DNA of 63,120 nt, filler included, from Choristocarpus tenellus KU-1152 (Eukaryota; Protista; Phaeophyceae), in the NCBI GenBank assembly GCA_964200185.2. It is 10 parts of 10 records of this genome, joined end to end, with 100 filler letters (N's around TTAATTAATTAA, not from the genome) between each part and the next. Parts side by side here need not be neighbours in the genome. Positions count along the whole stretch, not along the records: positions 12,805 to 18,041 come from CAXNAD020011396.1; positions 18,142 to 23,188 come from CAXNAD020012053.1; positions 23,289 to 29,233 come from CAXNAD020009348.1; 7 more parts are not named here. One strand, written 5' to 3'. Under the pieces are notes generated by a model, which saw only the letters and a list, made by a program, of their open reading frames with translations, was not told the origin of the DNA and ran no database searches. Position 1 is the first letter of the stretch, and every line of letters starts with the position of its first letter. The position numbers and the translations under genes were made by a program. Shown in pieces: positions 12,872-26,600 of this stretch.

Positions 12872-14623
12872 AATAAGGAGAGACAGTATCATAATAAACG
12901 GTGACACGTGTATGTGTGAAAAATATACGACATATGTTTGTGTGTTTGTATATGTAATGTTCACTCATCATCGTCATCATATATGTGTTCTTGTGTCCCA
13001 CAGAATACAGCTGCTTGCCGACCATCTTATTTTTAGTGTGAATTGATATTCAGAAAAGGCTCTGTTTTTTTGCCTCCCAACAACGCAACAACACACCGAA
13101 AATTCCTCTTTCTAATGCTGTTACTGTCTGTTGATTAAAAGTGCGTACACAAATCGACTCCTCTACCAGATGGAGCGGAAGATATATGGAGAAATTATTG
13201 AGTTCAACCATTTGTTTTTAAAGAAGAGGAAAATAGTTGGCGTCAACTCAAGTCTTTCATTTACATGTTTTTTCGTATTATTATGGAAAATATCAGACCA
13301 TTAAAATATATCTTATTGTAGGTGTTACCATCATCTACTCGCCGATACTAATATATTATTATGCCTTTGACCTTATATTTTTCTATTTTTCTACCACCTA
13401 TACTACACGACTGTCCTCCTTCCTGTGCCTCCAGTAAAGCTTAGTCCTGCACCCCTGGGTAAAGAGGCAGGGAAGCATCCCAAGAATCTAACAAGTCCCT
13501 CCTTGCCCATCTCCCTGCTGTATCCCGCCTTAAGACGCATGACACATCGAGATAGAGGTATTTGTGAAAGAGAATATATGTCCGACTCTACCCAATATTA
13601 TTATTACTATGTTTGTGAGAGCAACCTTCCAAAGAAGGTATACCCTGAAGGTAACCTATCTTGAAGAATCTGATATTCACACGACATTTGTTCTTGCATC
13701 ATGTTGAACGTAACATCTGCTTGAAGTAAGAGCAGGTGGTTTGGGGGGACCTTACAAAACCCCCCTTCTTTCAGTTACCACTTGTTCACTCCTTTCCCGA
13801 GTGATCTTCTGAAGGATTGTTCTCCCTCTTTACTTGTTTCTCTTTGATCTTGCCTCCTGTGGGTCTTCCCGCTCCCCTTCATTACGAAGAACCTGTCGGC
13901 TTGGTTCCACCTGTTTCACATTTTACTATTATATATTTTGAATAGATAGCATTGATAGAAACGGATACGACAACTATTACTTGCACAGGATCTTGTAACA
14001 TTGGTTTGTCTTATCTCCAACCCATCTGGAAACTGTTAGAGGGGATAATATTTACCTGGTTGATGGGAATATTCGACGTGTCTCCAAGACAGGCGAGGAA
14101 GCGATTTTTTTAGTTGTTTTTTTCCCCCTGATACGTGGCCACATATCTTTTCTATGGAAAGGATAAGTGGTTATGTCATGTGCTTTGCCTGCTTCTACTC
14201 TATATCTCGCTCTAGAGAGTATCCCCATCCATTATATTTATATTCCTTCTACGGCTAGAGGGTGTCTTTCTTGGTGGAAGATAATTCCTAGATAAAGTTA
14301 TGTAGATAAATGACACTACTCCTGAGTACAACAACAGTGTTGTCAATGCAAGGATGAAGAGAGTCTCACCATGTTTTTCCGAAAAAGATTATCTTCAGGC
14401 CTTTCCAAAGAGGTATCTGAATAGGACAGTGGGTGTGAGTTGCGAGAGAAAGAACAGTGGTATCGGGATAATCTCCTCGATATGATTATTCCGATAATAG
14501 GTTTGATTGAGCAACGCAAGTACCCAGTTGAACCTGAGGAAACATGTCGCACAGCGTTCAATCATGTCAAGCATGCTTTTCTGAGAGGAAGTACAGACAC
14601 TGGGCCTTTCATATCATCCGCAG

Positions 14624-14917
14624 GTGAGAAAGTATCGTAGAGGGAACGAGTTTGGAATGATTGTCCGTTTGGGGCTTGACTTACCAAGGGTTTATCATAT
14701 ATTTATGACATTTTCCTAAACCGAAATGTTTCGGAATAGATCGAAAGAGTGCACGTTTTGGAGTAGGTTTTGATATATAAAACTATGAAAAGGTGTGTTT
14801 GAAACAAGGATATTGACACTTCCCAATGAACACGACAGTCAAAATTACATCAAAATCTCAACATAGGATTTTAGTCCCCAAACGGACAAGGCTCTATCCT
14901 TCAAGAAACTTTGACTC
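14624..14917 (-). mobile_element. MITE family A, diverged copy
   Basis: Ends ..AAAGTATCGTAGAGGG / ..AAGAAACTTTGACTC; internal sequence homologous to 16256-16516 and 50607-50856. Confidence 0.75.
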
Positions 14918-16255
14918 TGGTATCATTGCTCAATATTTGGTCGCACCCGTCCGTATAATGCAATGTCACAATGTTAGCACGCTTTAAAAAAATGTACCGA
15001 AACTACTGTTTGCACTACACCAGTAGCTTGTGCCGTCCAAAAGCTTTTGCCAACTCCGACTAAGACCAACTTCTATATCTGAGATACTTTGAAGAAAACT
15101 AGCAGTTGCTCACCGCTTTTGTGTTATTACCAAACAGGATCGTGTAGATAGAATGATCATGGGCACTGTGGAGGAGGCCAGGAGAGCCGGTCTCCCTGTG
15201 ACTCGAGACACCATCATGATATTTAGTTAGAAGATCTTAATAATGGTGGGGAAACATGTGTGAATTGTTTCTCATAAACTGTGCAATTGGTATCCGACGA
15301 GGGATGAAGTCATATTGATGACATAGGTAGGTGTTAATGTGTATAGCAAGTTGTGTTTGCCTGTCAGATTTTATCAACTGTTGTATGGAAGGCTTCTCTG
15401 TTTTGAGCCGTGGTAGGCTTGTCCTCGGTGGATTGCTGACATTGGCATGTCCAACAGGCGGGGTCTGCTCTTCACGAGGAAGCCGATGGTGACCATCCCC
15501 ATTCTGATTTGTTGTGGGGGAGGCTATTGTTTTAGCTTTAGTGCACATTGTCACTGTTGGCGGTGTACTTTTTAACGAGTGGACCCATTATCACTGTTGC
15601 TCTGAATGGTGTTGATGAAAGTGTACTATGGAGCACATTGTTTCAATGAAATGGAATTGTGATAGGTAGGTCAGTAGGTAGGTATTAGTGATGGCAAATA
15701 ATGGAGGTATGTGCAATTTGGTCCTTTTAATGCTAGTACAAAAGACGCATACATGATTTTTTTATATAGCCAGGAACTCTGAGGGTAACAAAAGGTGTGC
15801 TGAATATATATACGCTCCAGTATATATTTCGGGTGACTTATTCGATCTGCTGGTTGGATATCTTTCGTTTGCAAGCCTGTTGTGGCACAATAATTAATGC
15901 ACAAGTTTTTTCACACACTAATATAATACTGTGCAGGTCATGGCTTCCCAACTCCTCAGGTAAAATGGACTTGCAGTCTGCCAATCACTGCCTTATGACG
16001 ACTTGAAACAGAATGGCTGTATCTGTGAGGTCCTAGAACCATGTTATCTTCTTTAAAATTTCCGTAGACTATCCCAACCTGTGGTCAGAGGCACTGCTAC
16101 ACACTGCACAACTTCTCGCACTAACGACTCTATCATAATATCTAACAGTTGTACTACGGTTGATAGTACTGTATTTCCTCCATTTCTGTCTTGCTTCTCA
16201 CGTGTTGTGTTCAGCTATCCCATTGCTCGTTTATTCTGACCCTTTTAAGTATATT

Positions 16256-16516
16256 GAGTCAAATTATCTTAGAGGGTAGAGCCGCGTCCATTTGGGGGTC
16301 AAAATCCAATGTTGCAATTTTGATGTAATTTTGACTATCGTGTTTGTTAGGAAGTGTCAATATCCTTGTTCCCGGACACACGTTTTTATAACTTACACAT
16401 TTTATCTACTCCGAAAGTATTTTGGAGTGGGAAAATGTCATAAAAAACCCGAGGGAAGCCAAGTCCCAAAATGGACAAACAGGGCAAAACTCGAACCCTC
16501 TACGATACTTTCACTC
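16256..16516 (+). mobile_element. MITE family A (~250-290 bp, ~25-bp imperfect TIRs)
   Basis: GAGTCAAATTATCTTAGAGGGTAGAG ... CTCGAACCCTCTACGATACTTTCACTC; non-coding; three copies in window. Confidence 0.8.
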
Positions 16517-17056
16517 ATCAATTGAAAGGCTGTTTTGAACCATGTGCAATGTACACCATACCCACACCCAAAATGCAGGTTGACGCCCTATTGGTAAGAG
16601 ATCGTTGCTGTAGAAGGTTAGCTGTAATGACGTTGTTCTTGTCGAAAGTATCCTCCACAGTGCTCAAGACACATGTACCGTAACGAGGCAGTCATTGGGG
16701 ACCTTAGAGGTCAAGGAAACCCCTCTCTTAGGTGGCATTACTCCTTTGTTTTCAAAGAGCCCCTACGCTTTACCGCTTCCTTTTCTATACTTGAAGTACT
16801 ATTAATAGTAGCACCTTAGACTACCTCAGTCAGGTTTTTATGGTGTCGAGGTGAGACAGTTGATGAGATCCGATTTTGTAGGGGGGAGGGAGGCATGTGT
16901 ATATTGGTGATACAATGGAACCGTGTTTTTTCTGGATGGTGTCAATTGAAAGAAAGGCGTTTTGGAGATCTCATTCAAGTGGTCTGAATAGTCCTCCAAG
17001 GTAGTACCAACCCCCCTTCTCTCTGTCTCCTTGACATCTTACGTGGAAGCCCTTTC

Positions 17057-17232
17057 AGCTCAAAGTATCTGGGGGAGGGTGGCGACTGTCCATTTAGGGT
17101 CAATTTTTTCATGTCCCGATTTTTGGGTGATTGGTTGTATACGTCGGATCAATAATGTAAATGTACTTTTCGTGATTTTGGTCCAAATGGACACCCTGGT
17201 GTAGACCCCCCCCCGCCCAGATTCTTTGGGTC
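17057..17232 (+). mobile_element. MITE family B (176 bp) with TTTC target-site duplication
   Basis: AGCTCAAAGTATCTGGGGGAGGG ... CCCCCCGCCCAGATTCTTTGGGTC flanked by TTTC on both sides; inverted partial copies at the starts of two other contigs. Confidence 0.8.
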
Positions 17233-20200
17233 TTTCACCACAGATTACAATAGAGTAGAGTAAAACAAAACAAAAAAAACACATGCTCCTAATATACCAA
17301 AAAATGATGCATTTAAAAAAAAATGTATTCACAATCATAAACCGCCTGTACTCCCCCTCCCCTCCTCCCTTCAAGGTAATGGGCAAAGAGATAACAGTAT
17401 TATTAGTAGTGTAGAGTGGAAACACACGGTTAGATATCTCGAAAGTAGTTATTTTATAAAAGCAAAACTGATATGACCAGGTTTCTGGCAGTAACCCTGA
17501 AGTCTGGTGAGCTTTTTCTATATGCAAGTGCAGGTCTGTGGTATGAAACAATGAAGTTCGGGGAGCTAGGTACCCACACTTACTAGAATATAAGGAAAGG
17601 AAGATGACCTTGGCACACTGTGTGTATTGATAGGCGTGGTACCTTGATGATAAAGATGTGGTCATCTTTACAAACATTATTATTTTTTTTGGATGACTTG
17701 TCCTTTATTTGTGGTTCCAGTCGCTAGGGCAATAGGAAAACAGCAACGTCTCTGAAGCTGGCCCCTAAATCATCACTGATTCAATGTAGGATATGACAGT
17801 GTCGAAAATATCGTCGATAGTCTGACTCTTGGCGCTTGAGAGTCCTGAAGAGGAATTAAGAGAATTTGGTTGGTGTTTTATGGGTGTCTTTGTTATTACG
17901 CTCGGAATGGTTCTATCTATGAAGATAGGATGAAGGTGTGAAGGCAACGGACATAAGAGAAATCAACAATAAACAGCCGATCACCAAAATTGAGGATGGA
18001 GCATACTATGGAGGATGGGTTTGACCGAAAATGGTGCGCGGNNNNNNNNNNNNNNNNNNNNNNNNNNNNNNNNNNNNNNNNNNNNTTAATTAATTAANNN
18101 NNNNNNNNNNNNNNNNNNNNNNNNNNNNNNNNNNNNNNNNNATTCGCGTGTAACAAATGCTTGCACTTCGTTGAAATACAAGAAGAAACGCTCGCGCTAT
18201 TCGCCTGTAACAATAATGGGACTTACCATGCATGCACGGATGGCATTTGGTGTGGGCATGCCAATGTGTTGGGTGCTTTTTTTGTGCTGTGCTATACTTC
18301 ATTCTATGTCATCTACAACAGTAGTAACACCAATTGCTGGTGGTACTGGCAGGATTGTTGTTAACAGGCAAGTAAATGCAATTGTGATCTTCATGTCTTT
18401 ATTGAGAAGAAATGCCCGACCCATTTAAGACCCCTCTTCGATGAGAATGCTCCATATGTCCTTGCTTAAATGTGAACTTTTTGGGAAAGGGGCTACCTGT
18501 ACAGCATCCACGTCTATGTGATACAGAAAGCGATTGTATACACACACATACATACCATCGAATATGTTACTTTGCTTTGCTCACGAATTCTGGATTATTT
18601 CTAATTATTCCTTTGTTAGCTTTTCACCCTCCCCCCATTGTAACACCATTTGTGACTAACCAGTGTAACTACCTCCGCCACTGATTTCCAGTCACCAGGC
18701 ATATCCATTGACCAACCAGTGCGACCAATCTTCGCCACCAGTTTCCAGTCACTAACCAATGCGGTCATTTTCCGCGAATCCATCCACCTTTCTCCACACC
18801 ACCATTCAACAACATCACTCCACAATCGTCCAAGAACATCCCTTCGTCTACTTCAATAACATACCTTTGAACTAGAAGGCATCTACCCCGCCCAAACTTG
18901 CCCTCCCCTCCCCTTTCCCCACCATCCCATTCGGTCGTGAGCAATCGAAAGGATGGTTGGGTGGGAAAGATTTCTAGGAGGTTGCCTTATTCTAGTCCTG
19001 CTCGTCCTGTCCCACCAACCTCAAGTTTACCTTTTGCTCTTTTCTTTCCCTTCCTACCTCTTCTGCCTCATAGCCACCCGATACTTAACTCTTCGTCCAC
19101 CTTATCATCATTTTCTTGTTACCCTCCTAATCAAGACTCAATTCTCCATAAGTCATCTCTCCCAGAATTCTCCCGCCCGCAAAACTCAGATTACTTATAC
19201 ACTTCCACTTGGAGGTTGAACTGCTGGTGGAGAAAATATAGTGAACATAAGTGATCAATGTTGTAGCATGCAATCTCCTTCATTAATTGGGAAAAATCTG
19301 ATTGCAATGATGTGGAAAAGTGTACGAGCACTTTCCTGGAAGGCTAAGTACATGTGCATATATGTATGTATTGCATCATGTCACGTTTGGCACGCAGGTG
19401 ATGATGTGTCTGGTGATAATACGGTCTCTTCACCACCCTTGACTGAGAGAACCATGCTGCCACAAAATCACGCATTAACTGTGTGGTTCTCTGGTGGCAT
19501 GGTTCACTTGGACAAGGGTGGTGAAGAGGAACACCGGACCAGACGGACCAGAAGGACCAAGACTAACCATGACCAAGAGGACGAGGTTAAGGTTGGACAA
19601 GTGCAAGACTGCTTGCACAAAAATGTAGAGACCGACCGACTGAGGATTTCTTGATAGAACATCACCAGAAATGTGAAGACATGAGAACAAAGTGAAATTT
19701 CATGTTTGACAACCCTGAATGAAGAGCAGTTCCATGTCTGTGGAACTGCTCTCTTGAAGAGATTCCATGGGTTCATCCTCACGGAAGATCCTCCACTGAA
19801 ATCAGATATTCCTGACAGGGAACCTCAATCGGTATAACAGTGTATGGCAACAATGGCATAAAAATAAACCTGTTTTCCACATAAATATGTAGATATGAAA
19901 TATGTGTTGACCCGTCTTGGAAAATCAGAGTAGTTCGTTGAACACCTCTGTTGAGTGAGATGTTTCTTTTCTAAATATTTTGACGAGAAAGGGGCGACTA
20001 TTCTAAAAGTGTGGGATTAGAGGTTAGCAACACACACAAATAAATATAGACACACACACACATATATATATATATCTCCTACAAGTAGCTAGAACGTGTC
20101 TGAATCTGTAAAAAATTAACGTGCCAATATCCTTGTATTATGAAGTATACAAAAGTATTAGTAATATATAGTAGTATTTCAAAACTGACTACAGATCAAT

Positions 20201-20929
20201 GAGTGAGGAAGGACCACTTCTAACAAAGTAGAAGAATATACATACATGGATAGAACGTCAGACATAGAGTGCAACCGAAAATAAAAAGTGAAAGTAGGGT
20301 GTGTATCCTTGAACCCCCCTACCCCTCCACCCCCCTTAGACCACGAAAAATACAGAAATGCTTCTTCCTCTCCCCCAGACAAGCCCATGTATTGTTTATG
20401 CTCCCCCTGTCCCATATGTCTGGGCCGTTAAGTTGTAGCTCTTCAAGATGACCTCTGATTACAAAACAAACTTTTCCGTTCGATTTCATGACATATTCTA
20501 CAATACAAAACTAAAGTTCACAGAATTCTACAAAGAATTCCGTTCTGAAATGATTCCGAAAGAATGGAACACAGAATTCGGCATATTCTTATCATTTTTG
20601 AATGTTCCTGCTGCAGCAGCGTGGAGCCGCACAACACTCTCACAATTCCCATAACTAGACCCCACATCCCGCCGCCCACGGCATAAAGCTCGCGGTTTCA
20701 GGGAAGGAATTGCCTGCTGACGGAGGAAGGTCAGAACGTACTTGCTCCGTGTTACGCATTGACTCTTCCTCCGGGTCATGAAAGGCTCCCGAGGGGTGTG
20801 GGGTCTAAATTGGCGAAAGAGTTTGGAGTGGGAGAGAGACACCCTAGATGGGTATGGGCGCGCGTCAAAGAACAGTTCGATAGGGGGAATATCGTCATTC
20901 TGAAATCACAAGCATGATCTGGACGGCAA

Positions 20930-21349
20930 TTGGACTTTGCGCGAACAAAACAAGCGAAGATCTGGGAAATCAACACCATTAATTGCATGCTGACTATCCT
21001 CCAACTTTATACCAAAGCTCGCCGAAGCGGACCTCGCAGTCAGCAGCTAAGGGCTTCATCACTGGCTCGAAGCCATGGGGGCAACGAGGGTTCAGTGGTG
21101 CATCACCCCTAGCCTTTCATTTTCTCACAAGAACAGGGTGGACTTCATCCTTGACCAGATCTCTCGCAACAAAAACCCCCACAGGGCTGGCCTCAACACC
21201 ATTCACATCGATGAGGTGTGGTTTTACCTCATCCTTGAACGAGAGATGGTGCACATGTTCTTGGGGGAGGAAAAAATGGACTCAACGAAGATGCAGCACA
21301 AGAGTCACATTCCCGACATGATGTTCATCTCCGCCATTTCGTGCCCGAA
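20930..21349 (+). mobile_element. Tc1/mariner transposase remnant, plant-type DD39D group
   Basis: TIHIDEVWFYL..MFLGEE..MQHKSHIPDMMFISAISCP matches the VHIDEKWFYL..K..I.KVMFL.AVARP signature; frameshifted upstream and cut off at ~21350. Confidence 0.8.
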
Positions 21350-22096
21350 TGTTAGAATATTATTTTTGTTCATGTGTAATAATAGAAGATTCTGTAGAAG
21401 AAATAACTTAAGGATGAAGAGGCAATGTTTGTGTTCTGAAGAATAAAAGATAAGGTTGGGTATCAAGAACTAGAATGTGGAAGAGTTCAGGAATAGGAAG
21501 CACTTTGGGAAGTAATCTAAGATTAGGTTGATTTGTCATTTCACAGAATAGAATTGATTTGGTGGCAAGGACCCCCTCTCTTGGGCTTGGATGTTCATTC
21601 CTCATTTCACCTTACTTCATGTACAACCTGTTCTACACAATATGGAATTAATCGAGTCATTATACAGACACAAGTCTTGGGAACATCAATTTCTTTTACA
21701 TGCTAGCTAGCATTACTCCTTCTCCCGTAGTTGTGCTCATATTGGTCGACAAGCATGGAGCAGAGTAGGTGAAGGATTTTATCTGTCTTGGACTTCTTCC
21801 ACGACTGGAGAGTGCTGCTATTGGTTGGTCTCCCAACCCCCCCACTTCCTGAAAAGGGAGATAGAAGAGTGGAGAGAAGTAGTCTGGGCGAGATGCCGGA
21901 TGAATGATGTAATTCAGAAGAGATGGGCAACATTAGTTTGATATTGCGTCCAATGCACGAGAACCATAAAAACATATATTTTAACGTGTCATTGACGAAC
22001 GCACAGTAGTAGGCTCTGTACCCACAAAAAAACATGTTGTGGTAGAAGGGTTTATAGACGTGCTACAAATTCCTCTAGTTCAATCTTCTGGAGAAA

Positions 22097-22495
22097 AGGA
22101 TGTGTGTATAGGGGTTGTTTATGACGATAAGAAAATAACATCTGGTCTGCCGAATTGCTCTTTTTCTTCCAAAAATCGACGAAAAATAGGATGTGTAATG
22201 GGTGCGAAGGATAAGTGTGCTTCTAGATTTTTTTTTCGTCAATGGACTTGGAGGAAAGGATGTGTGTATTGGGGTTGTTTTTGACGATAAAAAATTTAAC
22301 GTCTAGCCTGTTGAATTGTTATTTTTTTGTAGTTGGTCGACGGGTTAGAACAAAAGTGTATTGGGTACGTGTTTGACGAAAAACAAATAACGTCTGGTCT
22401 GTTGAATTGTTATTATTAGTCCGTCGATCAACGGGTTAGAAAAAGTGTGCATTATTGGGTGCGTGTTTGGCGAAAAACAAATAACGTCTAGTCTC
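22097..22495. repeat. Diverged tandem repeat (~90-160 bp spacing, about 4 units)
   Basis: Recurring GTGTATTGGG..TTTGACGAAAAA..ATAACGTCTGGTCTGTTGAATTG core. Confidence 0.75.
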
Positions 22496-23699
22496 CCAAT
22501 AATGAACTCTGAAGCGACAGGAATATTGTTGTGTGGCTGATAGAGAAAGGTTGGGTGTGCTTGAGTCAGGATAATGGATATCTGCTGTGGGGGTTTAGTG
22601 TTAGGGTCTTGTTCAATGGAATGGACCCTAACCCTACGGGGTTGTTATAATATGTGACGCTTTAATGATGACGACATATGGCGTGTCATCGCTTTTCTTT
22701 TTTTGAGATATTGTTTCAATGTCGTATAGTACGGTGCGGAAATTCTTCTCTTGTTTCGTACACATCATTGACGAACTATTCCCGTATTTTCTAGTGGTTC
22801 CCAAATTGAATGGGCGTATAGGAAGTGGTGGTGGAGAGTGAGCCATACCTTTTTGGCATTGGGGTGTGTGTGCTTTGGGAGTTGGCGACTCGAACCCCTG
22901 TGTTGATAAGGCCTCGTAACGACCCTGGAGTGTCCATCCCACGTGTGAGATGCGATGGTTCTTGTCCTTCTAGTGAATAGAGGTGGAAAGTTGGTTTGAT
23001 GTTCTACCTTGCTTGTCTTACTGCTCGTTGTGCCGAGGTGGGGTGAGTGTAATGGACGGTTTCTCTTTGTGAAATTAGTCTTTTTCTTTTCCTATATATG
23101 AAAACAATTCCTTGCCAGATCCCCCCTCAGGAATTCCAGCTCACAATCAGCAGATCCCTAGGGAGAGAGGAGGCCCTATTGAACAGGTNNNNNNNNNNNN
23201 NNNNNNNNNNNNNNNNNNNNNNNNNNNNNNNNTTAATTAATTAANNNNNNNNNNNNNNNNNNNNNNNNNNNNNNNNNNNNNNNNNNNNGGCGTGTGCGTT
23301 GGCGTTATGGATTATGTCCTTTTAGGGTACATTGAGCACAACGTTTACAGGACAGTGCCTGATTTAGGTTTAGGGGATGGGAGTTTGAGAGACATGAACC
23401 CTTTTGGTTAGGGTTAGGGTTAGGGTGGTTTTCTCTTAGGGTTGGGGTTAGGGTTAGGACTGAGTTTACCAACAAGTAGGTGTGATGCGATACAAATGTG
23501 TTTTAGAATACTATTAAATACTCTCAATGCAGACGAGGTTAGGGTTATTGGTTAGGGTAAGGTAAGGGTTGTCATTCTTAGGGTTAGGGTTAGTAATTGT
23601 ACTCATTAAACTAAGCGTTAGAATTTATTCTATTACAACTCTCCAGATCCTAACCCCTCTGCATCATATACGTACCATATCCATCATATACATACCCAG

Positions 23700-26600
23700 G
23701 CCGGCCTATGCTGTGGCATGGGTTAAACCCAATGGCACTGGTCATGACAATTTGGTATCAGGGGGTGATGATCGGCGGGTGGTCATATGGCTAAGAGTGC
23801 TTGACCAAGATTCAACCCTTCAACAGACAGGAGTGAGTGTTATTAGTGTTATTACTGTATTTTGATATATAGGTACAGATACATAGAGAGAATAACCATA
23901 GTAATAATACTATGGTTTTAGCATAGTAATAATAATAGTACTATTATTGTAATAACATAGTGATATTTTATTGTTGTTGTACAATGTACTCTTTCTACAG
24001 AATAAATTATTTTACAATTTCTATATATTATATATTATGTTGGTATAGTGTTCAAGCAATGTATCATTATTACAAAGTTATTGATTGTTATGTTTAGGGT
24101 TAGGGTAAAGCATACCATGACAGAGGGTGTATCTCAAGAGAGGGATAACTGTATGTGATTATTCTCAACTATATATCTAGTTTTTATTGGAATACTATTG
24201 ATTTTTTTATGATACTTTCATGGGGTAGTTGATAGTTGTAGAGCTTCTTGATGAACCATTTGTCAATTTGAAATGTTTCTAGTTAGGGTTAGGGCAGTTT
24301 TTCTTTGCAAGGTTGATGTGAAGGATTTTCTTCTTCTTTCTGAAAAGGGCTATATTATCCTTTGATTATTATTTTTATCATTATCATTGTTATTATTGTT
24401 GGAACATGACACTTTGTTTTGGTTGATATCATATCTATATTTCCCCAATTTTGTTGGGCAATGTGATGTGGTCAAGTTTTGATTAGGTTTACATATGGAG
24501 CTAGGGTCAACACCCTTCCCAATAAGGTGTTGGGGTTAGGGTTTGGGTTACCAATATTAAATTTTCATCTTGGCTCACCCCCTAGCCCTAACCCTAACCC
24601 CATGTTAGCATTACCATTTTTAGAACCTACAGTAGTACCATTGTAGGGTTAGGGTTAGAACTTGGAGTACCACATCCAATACATATGACTTGATGTTGAC
24701 AGGACTGACTAGCCCTAACCCTAATACCTTCCAAATGTCGTCCTAACTTCCCCCCTCTCATATCTACATTTTTTGTTTATTAGTAGTAATTAGTACGTCA
24801 ATTTATGGCTTACTGAGTTTGACCGCATTCAGACTGACTTGTTTCTAGGTATGATTTGATGGGATGTGGTGTGATGGGATGGGATGGGATGGGATGGGAT
24901 GGGATGATCAGCGTTTGACAAAGCTTGTCGTACTACTTGGCATTCGAGGACCAAACCCTAACTGTAACCCTAACCCCTAACCCTAACCTCAACCTTCTGT
25001 ATCTTCGCTAGGTTTACTCCCACCTCTAGCATAATTCTACCCCAAACCCTAACCCTAAACTTTCTATACCAAAAAATAGGTCTTGCATGAGGAGCACACA
25101 TCTGGGGTGAGAGGTTTGTGTTGTCCCTCTTCCTCAGCATCGGTGGTATCATGTGGTATAGATGGACGAATAATGAGCTATGATATGGTCAATGAATCAT
25201 TGGAATGGAACATCTTGGTCAAGGGAGCTTACACTCCAAGTGGTGAACTGGCAGGATCTTCACCGTATCGCCCTCAGGTGGAGTTTGAGGAAGTTGATTG
25301 GTTGGCGTGATTGGTTTGTGTAAAGGGATTGGTTGGCGTGATTGGTTTGTGTAAAGGGATTGATCAGCGTGATTGGTTTGTGTAAAGGGATTGATCAGCG
25401 TGATTGGTTTGTGTAAAGGGATTGGTCAGCGTGATTAGGCTTCGGAAGAGGAAGGATTGCATGGCCATCCTTGTGAATGGTGTACCTTTTATCAATGGGC
25501 TGTTGTGCTCATATGCAGGTGCCTTGCATAAGAAGCACCATGAGAGGTGTACCTGTCAAGATATTGATGTACTTCTGTACCACCTTCTGAGGTGGTAGTG
25601 GTGTCCTAACCCTAACTCTATTTATGATACCTCAATAGTACAGAGAGTATGTATTATGTTGTAGTGTTGATATCTTCTCAAAATTGGACACCACAGTTGT
25701 GAATCCCGACTGCACCCTAACCCTAACCCTTACATCGGGGAAGGAAAAAGTGTAATGTGAAGGGGATGGGGGAGGGGGAAGCTAAAGTATCAGAACGGAC
25801 GACTTCTGTGCTGTTAGTGTTATAGTATTATAGTAGTCTGTTATCTCAATATCTTGACAAAATAAGTGATATTAGGGTTAGGGTTAGGGTTACCTGACCT
25901 CTATTCTGCTTGCCATCGCCCCACTGGTTCAAATCCTGGTTCAAATCTACGAGTGAGTTCAAATCCTAACCAGATCACTCTCTGGACTGGATACATACAC
26001 CAGGAGGAGAAAAATAGAATGTGAGGGTTAGGGTTAGGGTTAGAAATCCAGTTAACGGGATGTAGGTGTGACTATTGGAGTGATTGCCAATGGACTATGT
26101 CTTACAGGTAGAGCACCGATCTCTGATTTTGTCAAGAGACATCTCTGACGCTGAGATGTTACTGTACCACTGGTTTAGGTGTTGCACAACCCTAACTCTA
26201 ACCCTGGTACCACATTGGACCTCAATACCCTGCCAGTAACAGTATTGTAGTTGGTTTAGGGTTAGAGTTGGAGTTGGAGGACTGCAGGCTGTTCAAATTT
26301 ACATATTTATACAGTGCAGTTATTTTATTTTATTTTTAATGTGAATATATTGAAGTGTCATGAAATAGTTTTATTTGAAAATTGACTGGATCTTAATTGG
26401 AACCCAACCCTAACTCTCACCTCTAGTCTAACCCTAGCCCTAACCCTAACCTCATTTTTTTTCTAATGTGTGATTTCTGATTCAATGATTCAACAAGAAT
26501 TTGCTCATGAGGAGTAACTGTCACTTTGATTCAATCGATCTAACCCTAACCCTAACCCTAAGTTTACAGCGTATATAGCTCATAGCCTAGGTGCCTATGT

